Assembly: GCF_000281045.1 (NCBI RefSeq)
Contig: NW_008246101.1
Location: 271,692 to 306,254 of the forward strand
DNA from: Saprolegnia diclina VS20
Lineage: Eukaryota
Direction of reading: 5' to 3'
DNA: 34,563 nt
The translations under genes and the position numbers were made by a program. The notes below the pieces were generated by a model. It was not told the DNA's origin. It ran no database searches and saw nothing but the letters and a program-made list of their open reading frames with translations. Positions 11,632-20,723 of the stretch are shown piece after piece (the first letter of the stretch is position 1; each line of letters opens with the position of its first letter).

Positions 11632-11836
11632 GCGCCCCGCTGCTATCAACCAACACGCTGTATTTGCCATGTCTTCTCGTCCGTGCCAGTGATGGCCATG
11701 TAGTCGTGCAGGCGAATGACCCATTGAGTGGACGATGGAGAGCATCATAGTCGTGGATGAACAACATGGAGGTTCATCGGATTACAGGTTACGGGCAGCC
11801 ATTGTAGGCAGGCACGAACGTTCGAGCGCATCGTCT

Positions 11837-12351
11837 TTACTGGTCCTTCGGGGCGACCGGGGGTTCCCACAAGCGCCATTCTACATCATGGCCATGAGCG
11901 TTCTCCAGCGGTGGTTGTTGGTAATGTGTGGCGTCGTACCGGCGTACTTGGGGATCAAGAACAGCTCGTCCTCGGCCTGCTCTATTAATTCCTCGACCTG
12001 GCCGCAGTTGACAGTCTTCTCGACAATGTTTTCCTACGCCCATGCATGAGCATTCCGCAAGGTGCTGGCAGCGTTGGCGTCGTACATCGGTGTTGTCCGT
12101 CACGACCTTGAGGCGAAAGTTGGTGATCTGCTCCACCGACGTGCGGTAGTGGCACTCGGGCAAGTGCGTCTACGTCGCCGCCATGAGCAAGTTGCCTCTC
12201 GGTAGCCTCGTCGTCGTACCGCGGTCGCCTTGAGCGTCTCGCCGTAGAGGTGGATGAGGTCGCTGCGCCAGTTCGGGTTCACCTTGAGGCCCACGAGGCC
12301 CGTCGTCGTCTTCTGGACGGCCATGCCAAGGACGCGGGTCGCACGGAACAT
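11837..12351 (-). CDS. NDUFA5: NADH:ubiquinone oxidoreductase subunit NDUFA5 (B13)
   Basis: Four exons give MFRATRVLGMAVQKTTTGLVGLKVNPNWRSDLIHLYGETLKATA|THLPECHYRTSVEQITNFRLKVVTDNTD|ENIVEKTVNCGQVEELIEQAEDELFLIPKYA|EWRLWEPPVAPKDQ*; TGLVGL and GQVEELIEQAEDEL signatures. Confidence 0.95.
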
Positions 12352-12688
12352 CGTCGCTGCCGAGTATTTGAGTCACTCCCAACCACCACACAAACCGGCG
12401 TTTTCGACTAAGTGCGCCGGACTTTTCTCTCGTCAACCGTACTTAAATCGATCTCTCCGCATTCGCACTTGAACAGGGGGCGCCCGCGACGATCGCTTCT
12501 TTGCAAGGCGTCGGCCACAGAGAGAAACGAGGCGCAGTCCTGTACGCATCTCTGCTTGGCACGAAGACGGTTCTCGAATGACTGAAGACGGCGGGGAGAA
12601 CCCGATAAAGTACGGTTTGGATGCGGACTTTCGGGGACTTACCGGCGAAGCCGGTGGTTCCAAATTCGATTTGGCGAAGGAAACCATC

Positions 12689-13160
12689 ATGTCGGCCCAG
12701 GATATCGGCAACGCGTTCATCGGTCACTACTACACGACCTTTGACGGCAACCGCGGTGCGTTGGCCTCGCTCTACGTACGTCCTGCCACGTCATGGCACG
12801 ATCTGATAGCTTCTTATCTTATTGACGTAGAGCGACCGCTCGACGCTCAGCTTTGACAAGGACACGTTCCAGGGCACACAGGCCATCTTGGAGAAGCTGA
12901 GCAAGCTTCCGTCGACGCAGCACCGCGTGGACACGACGGTCATCCAGCCCTCCGTGAGCGACAACGCGATCTTGATCGTCGTCACTGGCAAGCTCGTCGT
13001 ACGTACCATCGAGCTATATGCCCGTATCGCCCTTCTTATCTGCTTGTGCTAGATTGACGGCGGCAACCCGCTGCAGTTTGCCCAGACGTTCCAGCTGGTC
13101 GCCCATGCGCCCGCCCAGTTCTACATCCACAACGACTTCTTCAGTCTCATTTATGGATAA
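12689..13160 (+). CDS. NTF2: Nuclear transport factor 2-like protein (divergent)
   Basis: Three exons: MSAQDIGNAFIGHYYTTFDGNRGALASLY|SDRSTLSFDKDTFQGTQAILEKL...VIQPS...VTGKLV|IDGGNPLQFAQTFQLV...FYIHNDFFSLIYG*. Confidence 0.88.
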
Positions 13161-13346
13161 TTTAGCCCCGCTATAATACGCACAATATAAGCGCCTCCCC
13201 TTCTTGACGTCCTCTCTTACGCCGTCGACAGCAGCGACAGCGACCGAGCCCCTTCCGCGACTTCGAAGGCCCATCGCGCGCCTCGACGTCGGCGCCAAGT
13301 ATCGAGTTTCACAGGCACTTTTTGCTGGGCAGTTTCGGCCACGACC

Positions 13347-14023
13347 ATGGACACAATGGTACGAGGCGCGACACGCGTGCCCGAGCTCATGCTGGCGCGT
13401 AGAAGCGATCGGCCACATCCGACAACCAGGACAAGGTAGATCACATCCGCTGCCACCTGCGTTGACACATTCCTGGGCTAGGCGCGGGTGACGCTCATGG
13501 AGCGCCAAGACCACGAGACGGGCAACGCACCGATGCTCGCCCAGCTCCGCGTACGGCATCCTCGGTCGACAGCAGCCGCCACACTCATCGTTCGACGGCG
13601 TAGATTAGCGAGCTCGACAAGCTCGTGGCGCGTGTCAAGCAAAAGCAAGCGCTCATCAACGATCTCATGGCCAAGTACCACGACGAGCTCGCGCACATTG
13701 AGAAGGAGTCGCGCAAGATCCACGAGCGCTACGACCCGCTCTGCGCGCGCCTCGCCGAGCGCCTCGAGGAGCAGACAGCCAACCAAGCGCATTACGACAC
13801 GATCTCCAAGAACTTTGGCCAAGTATTGTTGTTGTTGCTGCCTGCCACGCTGCCACGTCATTTCTGATTTGCTTAGATTCTAAGCACGACCAAAGCCCGC
13901 TTGCGGAACAGCCAAACCGAAGGCCTCCACAACCTGCGGCGCGAAGCTACGGCGGAGCTCGCAGCGACGCGCGGCTTTGCCGCCGACATCGCGAGCACCT
14001 TTCACCAAAAGAGTCGAAAGTAA
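13347..14023 (+). CDS. Small coiled-coil protein (159 aa), possibly SSNA1/DIP13-related
   Basis: Five exons; introns 13359-13402, 13436-13481, 13551-13603 and 13823-13876 are all GT-AG and restore the frame. Core ISELDKLVARVKQKQALINDLMAKYHDELAHIEKESRKIHERYDPLCARLAERL...NFGQILSTTK. Confidence 0.75.
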
Positions 14024-14109
14024 CTCGACAACGTCGACGACCAACAAGACAGTATAGCAGCGTCCGTGCACTACTTAGTACAGTAGCTACTATGAAGATG
14101 TACTCGTCG

Positions 14110-14131
14110 ACTCGTCGACTAGTCGACGAGT
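14110..14131. repeat. Perfect 22-bp palindrome ACTCGTCGACTAGTCGACGAGT
   Basis: Self-complementary; preceded by an extra ACTCGTCG unit at 14102-14109. Confidence 0.8.
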
Positions 14132-14209
14132 GTATGAGTCGCAGCTACAACGGACTGAGAGAGCACAAGATCGTCGTCGTTGAAGGTTGGAGGTAGCTCA
14201 CGCGATGTG

Positions 14210-14255
14210 TCCGGATACGAGGCGGCGTGCGATAGGGCGACGGTTGTATCCGGAA
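14210..14255. promoter_or_regulatory. Inverted pair TCCGGATA...TATCCGGAA upstream of CHIC/Erf4-like gene
   Basis: Motifs at 14210-14217 and 14247-14255; ATG at 14302. Confidence 0.4.
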
Positions 14256-14301
14256 GATCCTCGCCCATCAGACAGGCGCCGGGAACCGTTGCATCGCCGA
14301 G

Positions 14302-14828
14302 ATGAGCACCGAGCGCTTCCTCGTCGACGACGAAGACGACATCGTACTCGCACGCCTCATGGCCGTGGCGCCGACGACGGTCGATGGATGGCCCTCGGCC
14401 TACGCGTCGACCTACCCCATGGCCCTCAAGGGCCTCGGTATGCAGCGAGGATGATGCTCATGCTCATGCACGATGGCGGTGTAGTCCCATCGGCCGAGTT
14501 CAATACGTGCATTGAAGCCATCAACCAAGCTGTGAGCGACTACTACCCGTGCATCCCATGCTACGGCTGCGGGTACCTCTGCTGCCTCTCGACGCTCGGG
14601 CTCTCGCTGCTCGTGCGGCAGCCCTGCACGACCGAGGTACTTCGCATCTCCTTGTAATCACATCGTCCATGCTCACGCCTCCACATGCAGCTCGAGCAAG
14701 CGATCGAGATGGTACTCAAGCGCGTCAACAACCGCGAGACGTTCCTCTTCCGCGGCCTCGTCTGGAAGCTCAAGCGACCCCGCCACGCATACACGTCGTG
14801 GATCGAGATCTGCCAAGTGGCGTGTTAG
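14302..14828 (+). CDS. CHIC/Golgin-A7/Erf4-family cysteine-rich hydrophobic protein
   Basis: Three exons: ...AYASTYPMALKGL|VPSAEFNTCIEAINQAVSDYYPCIPCYGCGYLCCLSTLGLSLL...|LEQAIEMVLKRVNNRETFLFRGLVWKL...SWIEI. Matches the CHIC2/Erf4 pattern (P..L.G.V...EF...I..IN; CG.LCC..TLG.S; GL.W.L; IEI). Confidence 0.78.
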
Positions 14829-15257
14829 TCGACTAAACTCCATGCAACGACTAGTGTATTTGTTTGCATAGCTTTCTAGTCTCCTGCCAGTGACGTGCCT
14901 GCCGTCGATCGCACGACTTGCACGATTTGTCGTCCGGACGGTGGAGCCAGGATGCAACTCGTGCAAGTCGACGTCGCATGGCGCTCGACCCAAGACCACT
15001 TTGCTGTGTCTGCTTGCTCGCCATCGGCCAGTGTGATGACCTAGCACTGGCGTAGCCGCCATGCGACCCAAGGACGAGGATGGATCCCTACAAGATACGT
15101 CGTCACGGGACGCGCGCGGGTTAGGGAAAAACAAAAAAAGGAAAAAAAAAAGGTTAATAACTTACGAAGGGGGACTCCCGTAGCGATATGGGTGTGCTGG
15201 GCATCGCTCAAGGACCCACTACAGAAAGAAATGTAGGATCGCACGTACTGCGGTGAC

Positions 15258-16184
15258 TCACGCCACCATGATGTCTTGGACGTCGGCAAAGAGGTCCTTC
15301 TTGCTCTTGTTCAGCAGCTTGGCCACTTCCTTGACAACGCTGGCGCCAACCGACGTGACTTCGCTCACTTCTTCGACCGAGCGCTTGGCGTTTGTAAAGG
15401 CAGCCACAATGTAGATGACGCCAGCCGCGATCGCATGCGGCGCGCGGCCCTCGACGATGCCCATCTTGGTGGCCTTTTCCACGATCGGCGACGCAATGAT
15501 ACGCGTCTTGTTCGGCAAGTTGAGCGACGAGCAAAAGCGCGCGAGAAAGTCTTCGGTGCGGGCTCGCGGCGCCGGGCCCGCGCGGTCGACGAGGTTGGCC
15601 TTGGTGATTTGCGTCACCATCTTGCCAATTTTGAACTTGTCGACGCCGGTAATCACCTCGAGCTCCTTGTAGCTGCGCGTGTTGCCACAGTCGCGACAGG
15701 CCATGTACAAGACGGCGGCGTACACACGGGCCTTGTTGAGCTTGCGCGACACGTTGAATTGCTCCGACTCGTCGACCTTGGCGAAGAGCGTGATGGCATA
15801 GTCGGCCACCGCGTTGTTGACGCGCAGCGCGTCGCAGTAGTCGCGGAGCGCGTCAAAGCCTGCCCGGCGGCGGACGACTTGGCTGGTTTGCGACAAGTGG
15901 TGGGCGCGCGGTGGGCCGTCGGCCGACGCCTTGGACTTTGGCCCGACAATGTACGTCTCCAGCGTCACGTCCAGGCCCAAGCGCTCGTCGAGGCCCTTAC
16001 CGACGCGGCTTTGGTCCCCGCGTTGTCTATCGTCCTCGGCATAATTGTTCCACTCGGGTGCATCGTCGATCATGTGTTCGATCAGGACCATACCGCATCC
16101 CCGGCAAATGAGGTCGCCAGCGCCATGGTCCTCGACGAGGTCGTCGCTGCCACACTCAAAGCAGACGCTGTGACTGCGGTCCAT
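15258..16184 (-). CDS. TFIIB-family transcription initiation factor (divergent paralog); may extend to 15041 by splicing
   Basis: Zn ribbon CFECG...GDLICRGCGMV, B-reader-like IDDAPEWNNY...DQSRVG, two cyclin-like repeats (AAVLYMACR...TRSYKEL; RFCSSLNL...GRAPHAIAAGVIY). Confidence 0.88.
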   Translation of the reverse strand: MDRSHSVCFECGSDDLVEDHGAGDLICRGCGMVLIEHMIDDAPEWNNYAEDDRQRGDQSRVGKGLDERLGLDVTLETYIVGPKSKASADGPPRAHHLSQTSQVVRRRAGFDALRDYCDALRVNNAVADYAITLFAKVDESEQFNVSRKLNKARVYAAVLYMACRDCGNTRSYKELEVITGVDKFKIGKMVTQITKANLVDRAGPAPRARTEDFLARFCSSLNLPNKTRIIASPIVEKATKMGIVEGRAPHAIAAGVIYIVAAFTNAKRSVEEVSEVTSVGASVVKEVAKLLNKSKKDLFADVQDIMVA

Positions 16185-16814
16185 TCGCCTAAGGTCGTCG
16201 GTCGGTGATCGCGGGTCGGCGGTAGGCGCAGTATACCTCGCGCTGGGCCGCGAATTGGGAATTTTATCGATTTTCAAAGGCTATCGATTCCCCACAGTGG
16301 TTGGATGGAATCCTTCGGGAGCGTACTTAACAGGATCCGTTTGGTTCGATATTTTAACTCAATTAAAGCTTGCGTTTTGTATTGAATGACAATATTATAA
16401 AGGGAGGTTGTCAGCGTGCGGAACGGACTTTACGGAGAACTATTGGTATGTATTTTATTATGATGCCAAACCCTTTGTGAACTTGGTGTTTGTATGAGAT
16501 GCGGCGCGTGGGCGCGGGCGGTGCGTTTTATTTTTTCGAAAATGACAGGTTCTCGAAAGTTCGACGAGGACCATCATCGCTTCCGAAACCGGAGTCGGCT
16601 AAATCCACGCAACCTTCCTCGGCAGCGATGCTGCAGGTGCCCGGTACGGTGCAACCGACTGGCATGGTGTAGCATGCCTTGACGATGCCAAGCGAAGGTG
16701 GCACACGCGTCGACCGCCGCTGCTGTCGTGCCGTAGGTAGTTGCGGTGTGTAACTGCTTGCAGTTGCGTGGATCCAGCCAGCGTACGTGGCAGCCCCCAA
16801 CGCAAGCGTTTCCA

Positions 16815-17435
16815 TTATTTTTTGAGACGTTGGGCTTCCTTGGTTTGCTTCATCATGAGAACAAAGACATCAAAGTCGCTGGTTGCCACGAGCATGCGCG
16901 AGTAGATGGCGATCGTGCCATGCGGGTCCTTCTCGTGCGCCTACATATAGTTGCATGCGTCGTCCTCGCGGTTCATCCTTGCCACGATGTACAGACCTTG
17001 CGCACAAGGTCGTAGAACTCTGCGACCGACGAGCCTTGCGACTCGATGAACTCTACGCCGTATCATATCGCACAGGTCCCGACGACGCCGAGCGGCGGAC
17101 CTTCGATTTTGGTCTCAAAGAGCGTTGTGAATTGGTTGTAGACGTCCGTGTACCTACAAAATGAGGTAACAACGCGGTGAAGAGTGGACGTCGTACTCGA
17201 GCTGCATTTCATCAGCGTCCGGGTCAAAGATGTCGCAGTGCTTGTCTGCAAACCGCTCAAACGTGGCGCAAAACTCGTCGTTCTCAAAGAAGAACGCAAT
17301 CACCTTGTCGACGATCGTCGGGCCGCCCTTGTCCTCGGCCGCGTCCTTGGCGTCGCCACTCGCGTCGTCTGCCCGAGTCGCTTTGTTAGCGCTCTTGGCG
17401 TCGTCGTCGCGGCTGTGCTTGCTCTCGCTCGGCAT
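16815..17435 (-). CDS. BART-domain (ARL2BP/CFAP36-like) protein, copy A
   Basis: Four exons (introns 17154-17196, 17053-17100, 16941-16996): ...FERFADKHCDIFDPDADEMQLEYTDVYNQFTTLFETKIEEFIESQGSSVAEFY...MLVATSDFDVFVLMMKQ. E..LEYT..Y..F..LFE and DF..F..MM are BART hallmarks. Confidence 0.88.
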
Positions 17436-17645
17436 CGTACCACTGCAAAGTCAGCCCAAGGAGTTTTGAGAAAACGGTCACTTCTTTGCGTATAAATCGA
17501 ATAGATCCGCTGCGAGCCCATTTCGCTGCGACCATCCAGCGTCAGTAACCACTCACACAGGCCAGCTAAGTTCTTATTCTCTAGTACCGTTAGTCGGACA
17601 GGAGAGTGAACTATCTTTCCGAAGGCGAAATTATTGTCGCTAGCA

Positions 17646-18237
17646 CTACTTGCGATACCGCTGCGTCTCGTGCGTGCGCTGCATCATACGCACAAACACC
17701 TCAAAGTCGCACGTGGCGACAAGCATTTGCGAGTAGACGGCGAGCGTGCTCTCCGGGTCGCGGTCGTGCGCCTATATATCTATCGTCAAGCAAATGACCA
17801 GCGCTGATACAGTCTACAGTCTTGACAAGGTCGTAAAACTCGGCGACCGACGAGCCCTGGGACACGATGAACGCTGGCCAAAAGACATAGCAAAGTGGCA
17901 CATCCGCATCCTAGAGTACCTTCAATCTTCTCTTCAAAGAGCGCGGTGAACGTGTTGTAAATGTGCGTGTACCTAGCCGTAGTCATGGGTTATGTAGATG
18001 AATGACGTCGACTTACTCGAGCTGCATTTCGTCGGCGCACGCATCAAAGCTTGGCGCATGCGTCTCCGCAAACTGCTCGAACGTCTGCGAAAACGCAGCG
18101 TCTTCAAAGAAGAACTGGACGACCTTGGATACAATATTGTCTGGAGACACCATCTTGGCGTCGTCACACTCGTTCTCTCGGTCGCTGCCCCCGCTCTTGC
18201 CTTCGTCGTCGTCGCCGTCCTTGGCGTCCCGTGGCAT
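17646..18237 (-). CDS. BART-domain (ARL2BP/CFAP36-like) protein, copy B
   Basis: Four exons (introns 17973-18016, 17874-17919, 17772-17817): ...FEQFAETHAPSFDACADEMQLEYTHIYNTFTALFEEKIEAFIVSQGSSVAEFY...MLVATCDFEVFVRMMQR. Confidence 0.88.
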
Positions 18238-18330
18238 GGCGTTGAAATCTTTCGAAACGCAATTGCGAGTACGAATTCCGGATAATGACATAATATCCGG
18301 AAAACAAGACCTGGTGTCATTCGGCCAGCG
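18238..18330. promoter_or_regulatory. 93-bp bidirectional promoter with a perfect 9-bp inverted repeat and Inr-like TCATT on each strand
   Basis: TTCCGGATA (18276-18284)-N9-TATCCGGAA (18294-18302); TCATTA on minus at 18283-18288 and TCATTC on plus at 18317-18322; flanked by divergent ATGs at 18237 and 18331. Confidence 0.55.
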
Positions 18331-19139
18331 ATGGGCGTCCAGTTCCGGGACTTGGCAGTCGCGTACGACCGCGTCCTTGTCGACGCCTTCTACGACCAAG
18401 TTCTTGCGCCTGCCTTTGGCATCATCCCCGATGGTAGAAGCACGTCGACCGGCGCAGCTCAAAGCTCCTGCATGTAGAGATTGAGGACGTGGACACGCTC
18501 CACTACCAGCTCGCGACGGGCAACCACGAGGCCGACCATGAGTACCTCTTGCATTGCGTGCTTCTCTTTGACGAGGCAAGCTCCGGAAACGATCCTGCCG
18601 ATGTGCTGGGCGGCTTTTGCTGCGAGTACTACCCGAAAAGCAACTGCGGGCTCATCACGTACATCTCGACGCACCCGGCTCGAGACACCCGCGGCCGTGG
18701 CCTTGGCAGGCACATGGTCAACGAGGTTTTCCGGCTCCTGGACGCCGACGCTATCCAGCACCAGCACGAAACCATCACGGCGATCTTTCTCGAGTCCAAT
18801 ACCGACGCCGTGAAGGACGACATCATGGTGCCGGCCCGCCGCCGGGCGCTCCTCGGGACGCTTGGTGCGCGCTTCCTCGCCTTCTCGTACGTCCAGCCAC
18901 GACTGAGTCCAGAGAAGGCGCCGTGCCGGACGTTGCATCTCGGTGTCTTTGAACGCTTCCTCGAACCGACGGGCAATGGTGGCGTCGGCATGCCAGCCGC
19001 GACAGTCGCCGCCTACCTCGCCGAGTTCTACGCGGTCCTCATGGGCTCGGACGCCTTGACGAACGACGCCGACTGCCGCCGACAGCTATCGGAGCTACAA
19101 GGCATGACGCATGTCCCCGTGGACCCGTCCCTCTCGTAA
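18331..19139 (+). CDS. GNAT-family N-acetyltransferase
   Basis: MGVQFRDL...AFGIIPD|EIEDVD (intron 18434-18477); LGGFCCEYYPKSNCGLITYI, acetyl-CoA loop TRGRGLGRHM, AIFLESN, FSYVQPRL. Confidence 0.8.
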
Positions 19140-19201
19140 ACCAGAGTCGTTTTAGAGTCGTTTGCATGTTATGGCTACACAGTTCCTCGGGGCGCCCTGG
19201 C

Positions 19202-20219
19202 TTAGCCCATCATTTCGTCGTCTTCCTGCTCTTCGCCTTCGACTGCGACAAAGTCGCCTTCCGCCGCGTACCTACAGAGAACGCATGAGGAGACGTCGAG
19301 ATCGCATATGTGTACAGAATGTTGAAGATCGACTTGACAGTCTCCGTGTGCTCGGTCTCGTCCAGTTCTTGCAGCATCAGCTCAATGTCACGAAGCTTCC
19401 CAAAGTAAAAGTCCCGCTCCTTCTCGAGCCCTTCGATCTACGAATCCATCTAGAGTCGATCGACCTGGCAATGCAAGGTCTACCTGTCCGCGGAGAATAC
19501 CGTTGGCTTCCGAGAGCGCTTCGTTCTCCTTGGTCAACTCATCGACCTCGGCATTGCTCGACGCTTCGCCTACGTAGAATGAGTCGCCAACATTGCGAGC
19601 GCCGTCGATGCGTACTTTGGCGCTTGGACGAGATGGCGCGCTCCTTCTCGATCGAAGACGGTGCACTTGGCGGCTTGGCGCTCGACTTGGTGCTGGACGC
19701 CACGGGGCGGCGCTTGGGCGCGGGCGCAGCCTGCGACGACGTGGTCGACGAGGCCGACGAGCCGCCGCCGCCGCCGGTAAACTTGAACTTGGTCGAGTAC
19801 GCGGCGCCGCCTTTACCCTTTTCACGCTGCGCGATCGGGTCATAGTCGTTGGTGCCACCGCCGTTGAGCTCGTAGAAGCGCTTGTACCACTGCATGAACT
19901 CGAGGTTGTCTTGGTACTTGCCGCGAATGAGCTTGTCGACTTCAATGTGCCGGTCAATCTTGAGGTTCGTAAACACTTTTTGCAGGATCTTGTAGTTGTT
20001 GATGTACTCGTAGTCCTTGTTGGCGCTCCAATCGACCTTGGACATGGGCACCTTCCCCGGGTAGATGGCGTCGAGGATCTGGCACGCGACCGCGCCCGTG
20101 CACGTCTGCTCGACCTTGGTCAGGCCCAGCCCACAGGTACCATTGACCCAGTCTAAGATCTCCTTGCGCCCGACAAAGTACGCGCCGTCCATCATCCCGA
20201 TCGCTTGGTCCGACGCCAT
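19202..20219 (-). CDS. EB1: Microtubule plus-end binding protein EB1 (RP/EB family)
   Basis: CH domain (AYFVGRKEILDWVN...NYKILQKVF...KLIRGKYQDNLEFMQW), Ser/Pro-rich linker, EBH motif EKERDFYFGKLRDIE and NILYA; three introns. Confidence 0.96.
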
Positions 20220-20723
20220 CGCAATGCTCCTCGTCGCCACTGTTTGAATGATCGCCCCACAGACCCGAGCGCAATTTAATTGACGCGGTTTTTTACCACC
20301 TGTACGTTGTATACAAGCACAATAAAATACCAGGGCGTTCGCAATATCTTGATGTTTGTATGCGATGCGCAGAAACCCCAAAAGATATGCAAAGCCACGA
20401 CGCATGATTCGTCGAGAAAGGCCGCGTTTTTTGACCAATCGCATGCGCGACGCGGCAAAGGCAACCCCATCAACGGTATTTAGTGTACGTTGGAGACCTC
20501 GATGCACACGTCGAGGATGCCTGGGCGTTGGACGAATGGGCTCGCCTGTAGTGTGAGCGCGATACTGTAGGTGAAGAAGCGCCACACACACCATGCAGGA
20601 CATGCGCGAATGCCCATGAACGCAGCCGTTTGCGTTGGACTTGAGACACTAAATATATGTGATGTGAAATAGTGTGCGGTGCCCAATTTCCAATCGACAG
20701 TGTCGGGCTTGAAGCGCAGGCAA

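Noticed and set aside
13347..20219. Flagellar/microtubule gene cluster (SSNA1-like, two BART genes, EB1)
   Set aside because: Interspersed with unrelated genes, one assignment is tentative, and such genes are common enough to co-occur by chance.
20220..20603. 128-codon N-terminal extension of the EB1 ORF
   Set aside because: Lies in the EB1/TAM41 divergent promoter; EB1 homology and an Inr-like TCATTC point to a start at 20219.
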